Assembly: GCA_964016885.1 (NCBI GenBank)
Contig: CAXHJY010000593.1
Coordinates: 1 to 64,000, forward strand
Direction: 5' to 3'
Source of the DNA: Eledone cirrhosa
Taxonomy: Eukaryota
DNA length: 64,000 nucleotides
Under the pieces are notes generated by a model that saw only the letters and a list, made by a program, of their open reading frames with translations, had not been told where the DNA came from and ran no database searches. Within the stretch, counting starts at the first letter, position 1; every line of letters begins with the position of its first letter. A program made the position numbers and the translations under genes. Positions 1-13,531 of this stretch are shown piece after piece.

Positions 1-12
1 TATATATGGATA

Positions 13-45
<33 letters not shown>

Positions 46-98
46 GGATATATATGTATATATATATATGTATATATATGTATATATACATCTATCTA

Positions 99-698
99 TG
101 GCGCACGCATTGGTGCAATGTCCGGGCGTGGCTGATCTGTGGGGCTACGCCGAACAACTGCTGTCGCGGGTGGCGCCGATTAAATTGACCGCCGAGTCCG
201 TGATGACAATCAAACCGCCTCCCCTCTTCACAAAGGAAGCAAAGGCGGTTTTTCTGTGCGTAATAGCCATGTTGAAAGAGGTTGTTTGGTGGACACGATT
301 GAAAGGTCTGAGGTCAGGCAACTTCCTCTCTGGCCATAGTCTGGTCTACTTCTTCCGATATCACTTCGGAAGAAGGATAAGAATGGAGAGAGAGGTGCTT
401 GGCCACAGGCAGTTTTATGAAAGGTGGGTGATAGTGGCGAGAATGGCTCGTGTAAATGGGCCTTCTCTGTATACCATCCTGTAGGTAAAGAAGTAAAGGA
501 GAGGGGAGCACCTTCTCCATGTGCTCCCCGGGCAAAGGATTGCACACTTTTTCGGGGGTGTGTGCAACCCCCATCACGTCCCCTCCCTTTTGAGGTTATT
601 TTCGATTATTTTCATGTTACACCCTTTTTACTCGATTATATGTAAACTCCCCCTTTGTATTTGTCCCTTCTTTTTATGCCTTTATGGTAAATAAAGAA
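99..698 (+). mobile_element. 5'-truncated Tx1-like (L1 clade) non-LTR retrotransposon: ORF2 C-terminus plus 3'UTR
   Basis: AHALVQCPGVADLW...RVNGPSLY (stop at 484) closely matches the C-terminus of the 9335-10586 ORF; same 3'UTR ending AATAAAGAA; 9-bp TSD ATCTATCTA at 90-98 and 699-707. Confidence 0.85.
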
Positions 699-804
699 AT
701 CTATCTAAGGCGGGTAAAATTCCCGAGATCCATGGACGAGTTCTCTCCAGCGGTCTCTGTCCCTCATTATCGCTGCCATATCCTGCATCTCCAACAGACC
801 AGTT
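699..804 (-). mobile_element. Short 3' fragment of an RTE-type LINE with a (TAGA)n tail
   Basis: Minus frame [23 protein letters not shown]...YPP* is typical of an RTE ORF end (DR..WR) and is followed by TAGATAGAT. Confidence 0.6.
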
Positions 805-865
805 GTATGTATATATGTATATATATGTATATATATATATGTATATATATATATGTATATGTATG

Positions 866-898
<33 letters not shown>

Positions 899-1004
899 GC
901 ATATATATATATGCATATATATATATGCATATATATATATATGTATATATATATATGCATATATATATATGTATATATATATATGTATATATATATATGT
1001 ATAA

Positions 1005-1423
1005 ACAATTAAGTTAAAAATGTACATCCATATATGTATACTGAAATACTAGTATGCATATGAATACACACACGTATACATATGTAGATGTACCAAGTCT
1101 TTCACTGGTTACTTTACTGTGAGTATCCAGCTATTCTGTATGTAAACACACAGACAAACCGGTTTTTAGAGTCATACTGGATTTTGAGGAAACACCTTTC
1201 CTCTATTCTCCAGAAAGCCATACAAGGAATAATGAACTAGTTTCGTTGTTGTTACAACTCATCAGCAATATTTACCTATCTACCGGCCTTTCTGGAGAAT
1301 CGTAAAAGCACATATCGTTATATGCTTTTTCTATGAAAATTAGTAGTGGGCAGACTAATTTGCATAGAGTGTGAGTATGTACCGGTTCAACGGAGACGAT
1401 AAAAACAAATAACGAAACAAAAT
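1005..1423 (-). mobile_element. Solitary Penelope-like pseudo-LTR remnant carrying a hammerhead motif
   Basis: Non-coding island between TA arrays containing a minimal type-I hammerhead; the PLE assignment is inferred from the known PLE-hammerhead association. Confidence 0.55.
1228..1272 (-). ncRNA. Minimal type-I hammerhead ribozyme (canonical core)
   Basis: Minus strand AAUAUUG-CUGAUGA-GUUGU(AACA)ACAAC-GAAA-CUAG-UU/CAUUAUU: stem I 6 of 7 bp, stem II 5 bp, palindromic stem III ACUAGU, predicted cut between 1235 and 1234. Confidence 0.85.
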
Positions 1424-1443
1424 TATATGTATATATATATATG

Positions 1444-1490
<47 letters not shown>

Positions 1491-1629
1491 GTATATATGT
1501 ATATATATATATGTATATGTATATATATGTATATATGTATATATATATATGTATATATATATATATGTATATATATGTATATATATATATATGTATATAT
1601 ATGTATATATATATATATGTATATATATG

Positions 1630-1772
<143 letters not shown>

Positions 1773-1785
1773 GTATATATATATG

Positions 1786-1918
<133 letters not shown>

Positions 1919-1959
1919 GTATATATATATATATGTATATATATATGTATATATATATG

Positions 1960-2011
<52 letters not shown>

Positions 2012-2060
2012 CATATATATATACATATATATATACATATATATATATATACATATATAT

Positions 2061-2482
2061 ACCCCTTAGCCCCGGGAGAGATGACCCCTTAGCCTTTGTC
2101 AAGGCAGAATTCTAGGAGAAGGAAAACTCTGATATAACACCTGCAACCCTGATGGTATCCAATGATGTTGACTTGTTCTTCTTTTTGGTAAATATCATCT
2201 TGGTTAAGAGAGTGGGACTGGCTTTGTGCAGTGCCTTTGCTCACTATAAAAGCTTCACGGCACAGGCATTGCTTTATATCTGGAGATCTCTCTGCATTTG
2301 TCGTCACATGGTACCATGGGCCCAGCACTATGTGTCAATAATTGTCACAAGTGTAGTGTTTGTACCAGAGCTTTCAAGTCGCTGGCTGGACTAAAAAGTC
2401 ACACTCGTTCAGCGCATCAGTAGGGGTTCTCCTACATGGATATAAAGTAGTGGCCGTACTCGAAAACGAGTTGGCAGCCACC
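2061..2482 (+). mobile_element. 5'-truncated copy of the 605-bp non-coding TA-inserted retroposon
   Basis: Near-identical to the 3' two-thirds of 17199-17803 and 34071-34677; same 3' end GCAGCCACC followed by (AT)n. Confidence 0.85.
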
Positions 2483-2487
2483 ATATG

Positions 2488-2578
<91 letters not shown>

Positions 2579-2579
2579 G

Positions 2580-2694
<115 letters not shown>

Positions 2695-2699
2695 GTATG

Positions 2700-2964
<265 letters not shown>

Positions 2965-2983
2965 GTATATATATGTATATATG

Positions 2984-3014
<31 letters not shown>

Positions 3015-3027
3015 GTATATATATGTA

Positions 3028-3094
<67 letters not shown>

Positions 3095-3139
3095 GTATAT
3101 ATATGTATATATGTATATATATATATATGTATATATATG

Positions 3140-3264
<125 letters not shown>

Positions 3265-3696
3265 GTATATATAAATATGTATATATATATATGTATGTAT
3301 ATATAAATATGTATATATATATATGTATGTATATATAAATATGTATATATATATATACATATGTATATATATATATACATGTATATATATGTATATATAT
3401 ATATGTATATATATATACATATGTATATATATATGTATATATATATATGTATATATATATATGTATATATATATATGTATATATATATATATGTATATAT
3501 ATATGTATATATATATATGTATATATATATATGTATATATATATATGTATATATATATATATGTATATATATATATGTATATATATATATGTATATATAT
3601 GTATATATATGTATGTATATATATGTATATATATATATGTATATATATGTATGTATATATATGTATATATATATTTATATGTATATATATATATGT

Positions 3697-3751
<55 letters not shown>

Positions 3752-3787
3752 TATGTATATATATATATGTATATATATATATGTATG

Positions 3788-3898
<111 letters not shown>

Positions 3899-3980
3899 GT
3901 ATATATATATATATGTATATATATATATGTATATATATATATATGTATATATATATATGTATATATATATATATACATAT

Positions 3981-4197
3981 GAAGGCGTGTGGCTGAGTGG
4001 TTAGAGAATTGTATTTTTTATCGTAAGGTTGTGAGTTCGATTCCTGGACCAGGCGATGCGTTATGTCCTTGAGCAAGACACTTTATTTCACGTTGCTCCT
4101 TCTACCTGGAGTTGCGACCGACAGATAGTATTAGCAATTGGAAAGACCAACGGAAACATTGTTCCCTCGGTCCGATTTGACAAAAAAGTCGATCGTT

Positions 4198-4212
<15 letters not shown>
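3981..4212 (+). mobile_element. tRNA-derived CORE-type SINE with poly(A) tail
   Basis: Box A TGGCTGAGTGG, box B GTTCGATTCC, CORE-like GTCCTTGAGCAAGACACTT, A-tail; second copy at 34825-35050 (-). Confidence 0.85.
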
Positions 4213-4244
<32 letters not shown>

Positions 4245-4461
4245 GTATATATATATATATGTGTATATATATATATGTATATATATATATATGTATATAT
4301 GTATATATATGTATATATGTATATATATGTATATATGTATATATATATATATGTATATATATATATGTATATATATATATGTATATATATGTATATATAT
4401 ATATGTATATATATATATGTATATATATATATGTATATATATATATGTATATATATATATG

Positions 4462-4510
<49 letters not shown>

Positions 4511-4511
4511 G

Positions 4512-4542
<31 letters not shown>

Positions 4543-4569
4543 GTATATATATATGTATATATATATATG

Positions 4570-4754
<185 letters not shown>

Positions 4755-4807
4755 GTATATATGTATATATATATATGTATATATGTATATATATATATGT
4801 ATATATG

Positions 4808-4950
<143 letters not shown>

Positions 4951-4963
4951 GTATATATATATG

Positions 4964-5032
<69 letters not shown>

Positions 5033-5033
5033 G

Positions 5034-5200
<167 letters not shown>

Positions 5201-5519
5201 GTATATATATGTATATATATATGTATATATATATATGTATATATATATGTATATATATATATGTATATATATATATGTATGTATATGTATTTATATATAT
5301 ATGTATATATATATATGTATGTATATGTATTTATATATATATGTATATATATGTATTTATATATATATGTATATATATATGTATATATATATATGTATAT
5401 GTATATATATATGTATATATATATATGTATATATATATATGTATATATATATATGTATATATATATGTATATATATGTATATATATATGTATATATATAT
5501 ATGTATATATATTTGTATA

Positions 5520-5550
<31 letters not shown>

Positions 5551-5558
5551 GTATATAC

Positions 5559-5609
<51 letters not shown>

Positions 5610-5900
5610 CATATACATATATATATACATATATATATATATACATATATATATACATATATATACATATATATATATATACATATATATATACATATAC
5701 ATATATATATACATATATATATATACATATATATATACATATATATACATATATATATATATACATATATATATACATATATATATATATATACATATAT
5801 ATATACATATATATACATATATATACATATATATATACATATATATATATATATACATATATACATATATATATATGTATATACATATATATGTATATAC

Positions 5901-6041
<141 letters not shown>

Positions 6042-6050
6042 CATATATAC

Positions 6051-6664
<614 letters not shown>

Positions 6665-6782
6665 GTAGAGGGTGATTTCCAGGTATCCCATGACTAGGTT
6701 GGCATAAGTGGGGGCTGTTTTCGTTCCCATAGCGGTCCCAGATTTCTGCCTGTAGGGTTTGTTATTGAAAACGAAGTAATTG

Positions 6783-7945
6783 CAACCTAGTCATGGGATA
6801 CCTGGAAATCACCCTCTACACAAAAGTCCTAAACAAATTTGGAAACACCCTCCACTTACACATTGAAAGGAACTGGAAGCGATATCTAGATGACTGCTTC
6901 ATCCTTTGGCACGAAAACATCGAAAAACTTAAAGAATTTCACACCCTTATAAATGGGCTCAAAAACAAATATTAACTTCACGATGGAATACAGCCATCAA
7001 CAACTCCCCTTCCTCGGCATCCTCATTAAGATCCATAACAAAAAAATAGAAACAGACATATACTACAATCCCACAGACTCCAAGCAATATCTCCCCTTCA
7101 ACTCTTGCCACCCTAGACACGTTAAAATTAATATTCCCTACAACTTAGCCAAGAGAATCTGTACTATAGTCTCCAATAAAAACATCTGCTACTTACGGCT
7201 ACAAGAACTAAAGGACACACTCATAGGCAGGGACTACCCTGCATCACTAATTGACAATGGAATCCAACGTGCCCTAAAACTCAATACCCAGGACCTTAGA
7301 CACCCTAAAGTAAATCAACCAAAACTAAAAGCTCTTCCATACATCTCCACACACAACCCCCTCAACAATGAGGCCTTTGACACCATCCTCCAGAACATCC
7401 CTGTATTGAAAAAGGACCATAGAATGAACCAAATTCTACGAACATATGATATCATAAAGAGCAAAAGACAATCCAAGTCAATGAAAAACATCTTAACACA
7501 TGCCAAAGTACTGCCAACCACAACAACGAAACCCACAGTAAAAAAATGCGATAGACCCAACTGTGGCATTTGCATCAACCTAATAGAGGGTTCGGAATTC
7601 TATTTCAAAGATGGACAACGTTTTATAGTAAAACACAATTTCACATGTGCATCGGAAAATCTAATATATGTATTAACTTGTTCAGGTTGTCGAGAACAAT
7701 ACATAGGCCAGACCAAAAACAGCCTCCGCCAACGCATGACTGTCCATAGATCCCAAATCAAAATACGGGAATACAGGAAAATACCACTGAGTGAACACAT
7801 TGATACCTGTGCCGCCCAAAATCATCCCAACTTCAGAATCTTTCCCCTCTACAAATTTAAAGATAATGCCACCCACACCCAGCGCATCAGCAAGGAATCT
7901 TACTTCATTAACAAATACGGACCCCGTCTAAACACTTCTCCCTAA
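6783..7945 (+). pseudogene. PLE reverse transcriptase-GIY-YIG endonuclease, truncated, one frameshift near 6960-6975
   Basis: ORFs 6793-6975 (WKRYLDDCFILW) and 6953-7945 (IYVLTCSGCREQYIGQT...RQRMTVH...ESYFINKYGPRLN). Confidence 0.9.
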
Positions 7946-8620
7946 GACGAACCCACGACATACACACGTCAACATACATACCTACATCAGCACACATCTC
8001 TACCCACATATAAACACAACGACATACATAAACACACATGCTCTATGGTGCAACACAAAAAGATATATGTGCATATATATATGTGTGTACATGTGTATAT
8101 ATATATATATATAGTGAATATATGTGTGTGTGTGTATATATATATAGTGAATATCATTTAGCACCTTTTATTGTTAAGATTTTTGATGTTCTATTAAAAG
8201 AACCGATTTTACTGAAAAAATCGAATAATGTACACCATTTTACCAGGGGGAAAAAAATACTGGTCCCCCCCCCCCCACACACACACACATATATACACAC
8301 ACACATACACACGCGTACATCAACATACAAAGAGACTTATATATACACACCACACACACACGCACTTCTCCGTATAAGACAAAAGCTGAAAAATATCTTT
8401 TGACATTCTAAAATACCCCCCATTGCTTTCAGACACATTCTTACTGACCATCCCTGCCACCACGAATTACTCTGCTATACACACACACACACACACTTAT
8501 CTTAATAGCCATTTGACACACATCGCTGCTAACCATTATCACAACATCGAACACCTTACTACTACTACTACTACTACACACACACACACACATATTTTTT
8601 GTGAAAGAGTCATTTCTCAA

Positions 8621-8838
8621 TCTTGGCGCAAAACCAATTTTTTATTCACATGACCTCCACCGACCAATCAAAATTGTTTTGACCACAAGAATTTTTGCTG
8701 GAGCCACTTTTTTAACATAAAAACAGTCTTGGCGCTAAATCAATTTTTTACATTCACATGACCTCTACCGACCAATCAAAATTGTTTTGACCACAAGAAT
8801 TTTTGCAAATTGGAGCCACTTTCTTAACATAAAAACAG
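8621..8838 (+). promoter_or_regulatory. Two ~110-bp tandem units (8621-8726, 8727-8838) with promoter-like motifs in the PLE pseudo-LTR
   Basis: Each unit has TTGGCGC (E2F-like), CACATGAC (E-box), GACCAATCA (CCAAT box) and CATAAAA (TATA-like). The duplication is seen directly; function is inferred. Confidence 0.45.
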
Positions 8839-8899
8839 GTAGAATTCCCAAAACTAATCAGATCAGAGCAAACAGCACGGACACTCTATCTCAAAATTA

Positions 8900-8936
8900 T
8901 TTTTGAAAAGCATTTAGAAATGCGCAACCGGTAAAA
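8900..8936 (+). ncRNA. Hammerhead-like motif, U3-A8 core variant (A13C in this copy)
   Basis: UUU-UUGAAAA-GCAUU(UAGA)AAUGC-GCAA-CCGG-UA/AAA; homologous to the 36300-36337 motif, with covarying stems. Confidence 0.6.
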
Positions 8937-9106
8937 ACTTAAAACCACAACTGAATACTAACCCATACAATCACTAATACTCTTTTATTCCTAATTAAAC
9001 CATTTTTCAACTGTGAACAATTTGTCAGCATTTTCTATTCCGTTTACTATTCCGTTTACCAATATATATATATATATATGTATATATATATGTATATATA
9101 TATGTG

Positions 9107-9138
<32 letters not shown>

Positions 9139-9160
9139 TGTATAAATGTATATATATATG

Positions 9161-9195
<35 letters not shown>

Positions 9196-9276
9196 GTATA
9201 TATATATGTATATATGTATATATATATGTATATATATATGTATATATATATGTATATATATATGTATATATATATG

Positions 9277-9308
<32 letters not shown>

Positions 9309-9334
9309 AATATGTATATATGTATATATATATG

Positions 9335-10847
9335 CACGTGGAGGGGCAGACCGATGCCCTCCGATAGCGTCGTCGGACGCTGGACGGAGGGCCCGGTGAA
9401 GTTGCTCGGGGTCTGGTTCGGACCGGACCTCCAGGTGGAGAAAAACTGGGCGGAGGTTACGAACAGGGTGTTTGCACTGACCCAGAAGTGGGCCAGTTGC
9501 AAACTATCCCTGAAAGGTCGGGCGGAAGTGGCGAACACCTACATAGCGTCCGTCATCTACTACCGCCTGACCGTAGTGCCCTGCCCAAGGGAAACCCTCA
9601 CCAAGATGGAGCGCGCGCTCTTCCAATTCCTTTGGAAGAGGCGGGCTCCTATGGTGAGGAGATCCATCTGCTGTCAACACCCTTCGAAAGGAGGGCTGGG
9701 GATGCCGTGGCTAATGATGCGTAAACACGCATTAAGGCTACGGCACCTCTACGTATTCCTCACCGGACAACCGGTGTGGGCCTCGTTTGTGAGACGAACC
9801 TTTCCCAGACTCGTCTCACTCACCGAGCTGCAATCCTGGGTCAAGCAAAGACCGAGAAAACTGGGCGCCTGGCACACTGAGTGTGCCCAGGCGCTCACCG
9901 CCCTCTGGCAGGCGGATCCGGTTATCAGTGGAGACTCCACCGCAACATTCTATAGAGGGCTGGTACGCAGCAGGTGCGACGACGCCCTCGGAGAAGCCCT
10001 AGACATGGAGGAGGACGAACTGGCCAGCCTGTTCGGTAGGACATTCAGCCCAGGACCTATGGACAACTTCCAGAAGTCCCTGGCCTGGCAGTGCTACCGA
10101 GGGGCTTTACCCGTTCGAGAAAGGCTCTACAGACACGGGCGCCCGGGTCGGGACCCCGCCAAAAAGATCTGTCCCAGATGCGTGTGCGACGAGGAAACCG
10201 TTGCACACGCATTGGTACACTGCTCGGGCGTAGCCGATCTGTGGGGCTATGTCGAACAACTGCTGTCAAGGGTGGGACCGATCCGGTTGACCACCGAGTC
10301 TATTGTAATGATCAAGCCGCCTCCCCCCTTCAAAGATGAAGCAGAGGCGGTGTTTCTGTGCGTAATAGCCATGGCGAAAGAGGTTGTATGGTCGACGCGT
10401 CTGAAAGGACTGAGGTCAGGCACCTTTCTCTCTGGCCAACAACTGGTCCGTTTCTTCCGATATCATTTCGGAAGAAGGATCAGGATGGAGAGAGAGGTGC
10501 TGCACCCCAGTCGTTTTTATGAAAGATGGGTGAAAGTGGCGAGAATGGCCCGTGTGAATGGGCCTTCACTCTACATCAGACTATAGGTGAGGAAGATGAA
10601 AGACCAAGGGAGCACCCCTTCTCTGTGCTCCTGAGGAGAAGGGTTGCACACTTTTTTCGGGGGTGTGTGCGACCCCCCAAGGCGCCTCCTCTCTATTGAG
10701 GATTTTGTTAAAAATTTTATTTTTTGTTATATCTTATTTTATTTTTATATTTTGTTATTGCCTCCTCCTTATTGAGGACGCCTTTTTGTGTAAACTCCCC
10801 CCTTTGTACTTGTCCCACTTTTGATGCCCTAGTGGCAAATAAAAGAA
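9335..10847 (+). mobile_element. 5'-truncated Tx1-like (L1 clade) LINE: ORF2 C-terminal half with CCHC zinc knuckle plus 3'UTR
   Basis: Open frame to 10586: [28 protein letters not shown]...[10 protein letters not shown]; 3' end AATAAAAGAA; flanked by ATATATATG on both sides. Confidence 0.9.
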
Positions 10848-10868
10848 ATATATATGTATATATATATG

Positions 10869-10903
<35 letters not shown>

Positions 10904-11012
10904 GTATATATATATATGTATATATATATGTATATATATATGTATATATGTATATATATATGTATATGTATATATATATGTATATATATATATGTATATA
11001 TATATATGTATA

Positions 11013-11052
<40 letters not shown>

Positions 11053-11055
11053 TAC

Positions 11056-11554
11056 AGAAAAACCTGGGACGGCTTGATAAAATCTGACCTCACACACTTA
11101 CACCTCTCCAAGACAATGTCACTGGCCGAGATCTTTGGGGCTACGTAGTAATACAGAAGACCCGCCTTGCCTGAGCACAAAGCACAACCTACAATCAGTA
11201 GGCACCTCTTAAGCAAAATACACCCACAACCCCTACCCCCACCCCATCTACACCAGCCCTTTCAATGTAAAGCTATGTTGGTACCACAACGTCCAGTCCT
11301 AAATAAATGAGGTTGTGTAGGTGTCACGACAAAAGAACACAGTCCACGCTGTAATTTGGCCGTGTATGTAACACAGTAAACACTCCCAGTCCACACTGTA
11401 AACGTGGTTGGTGTTAGGAAGGGTATCCAGCCGTAGAAAACCTGCCAGATAGTCCTGAGCAAGACAACCAATCTTGCCTCAAGTGGGACAATTCCGGTCC
11501 AGACCCATGCTAGCGTGAAAGATGGACGTTAAATGATGATGATGATGACGATGA

Positions 11555-11555
<1 letters not shown>
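11056..11555 (+). mobile_element. RTE LINE family A 3' fragment
   Basis: [23 protein letters not shown], 3'UTR shared with the 13532-16921 copy, (TGA)n tail. Confidence 0.9.
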
Positions 11556-11636
<81 letters not shown>

Positions 11637-12030
11637 GAGAGTATTGAAGTTTGCTTGAAGCATTGTGGAACAATAAGTAAATATTTATAAGTCGTTTGGA
11701 AGCCTTGACAATGCAAATGGGTAAATCTCCGGGTAACAAGGTCCGGTGGTGGAGAGAGAGATATGTAAGTGGGTGTACGTTGAGATGCGTGGTGTGTATA
11801 AGATGTGTGAGATGTGTAGGATGAAGGGAAGAGTAAAGAATAAAAATAATAATAACAACACAAGAGAGAGAGAGTTACCTTGGGAGAGATTTAATAGTCC
11901 CTATATATTTCGGATTCACATCCATCAACTGGGGTTTTTTCCGGGGTGGGGGAAAAGGTTGTCTGTCGGACAATTCGGAACGCGTCTTTCGCTGTCTGTT
12001 GATTTGAATATCATGATTTGAATATCATGA
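11637..12030 (-). mobile_element. Probable PLE pseudo-LTR remnant with a degenerate hammerhead (11899-11934)
   Basis: CCC-CAGUUGAU-GGAU(GUGA)AUCC-GAAA-UAUA-UA/GGG; 14-bp tandem duplication at ~12000-12027 at its boundary. Confidence 0.4.
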
Positions 12031-12036
12031 GATATG

Positions 12037-12089
<53 letters not shown>

Positions 12090-12098
12090 GTATATATG

Positions 12099-12195
<97 letters not shown>

Positions 12196-12210
12196 GTATA
12201 TATATATATG

Positions 12211-12257
<47 letters not shown>

Positions 12258-12258
12258 G

Positions 12259-12317
<59 letters not shown>

Positions 12318-12330
12318 GTATATATATATG

Positions 12331-12437
<107 letters not shown>

Positions 12438-12476
12438 GTATATATATATGTATATATATATGTATATATATATATG

Positions 12477-12507
<31 letters not shown>

Positions 12508-12566
12508 GTATATATATATATGTATATATATATATATGTATATATATATATGTATATATATATATG

Positions 12567-12611
<45 letters not shown>

Positions 12612-12718
12612 GTATATATATGTATATGTATATATATATATATGTATATATATGTATATGTATATATATATATATGTATATATATGTATATATATATATA
12701 TGTATGTATATATATATG

Positions 12719-12767
<49 letters not shown>

Positions 12768-12954
12768 GTATATATATATGTATATGTATATATATGTATA
12801 TATATATATATATGTATATATATATGTATATATATATATATGTATATATATATGTATATATATATATATATATGTATGTATATATATGTATATATATGTA
12901 TATATATATGTATATATATATATATATATGTATGTATATATATGTATATATATG

Positions 12955-12991
<37 letters not shown>

Positions 12992-13057
12992 GTATGTATA
13001 TGTATATATATATACACATACATATAGATACATACATATATATATATATATATACAC

Positions 13058-13089
<32 letters not shown>

Positions 13090-13099
13090 ATATATACAC

Positions 13100-13190
<91 letters not shown>

Positions 13191-13481
13191 ATGTAAAGTT
13201 ATGTTGGTCCCACAACATCCAGGCCGAAACAAATGAGATCGTGTAGGTGTCACGACAAAAAACACACACTCCACGCTGTAAATGTGGCCGTGTAGGCAAC
13301 ACGGTAAAAACCTCCCAGCCCCACACTGTAAATGTGGTTGGTGTTAGGAAGGGCATCCAGCTGTAGAAAACCCGCCAGACAGTCCTATGCGAGCAAGACA
13401 ACCACTCTTGCCTCAAGTGGGAAAACTCCCGTCCAAACTGATGCAAGCGTGGAACAAGGACGTTAAACGATGATGATGATG
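13191..13481 (+). mobile_element. RTE family A 3'UTR fragment with (TGA)n tail
   Basis: Matches the reverse complement of 13533-13839. Confidence 0.9.
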
Positions 13482-13531
13482 ATATATATATATATGTATA
13501 TATATATGTATATATATATGTATATGTATGT

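Noticed and set aside
2089-2394. Conserved 79-80 aa ORFs on both strands of the 605-bp element
   Set aside because: Conservation simply reflects copy identity; no recognisable domain.
3981-4055. tRNA gene
   Set aside because: The A/B boxes run into a CORE-like body and A-tail and recur at 34825-35050, so this is a SINE head.
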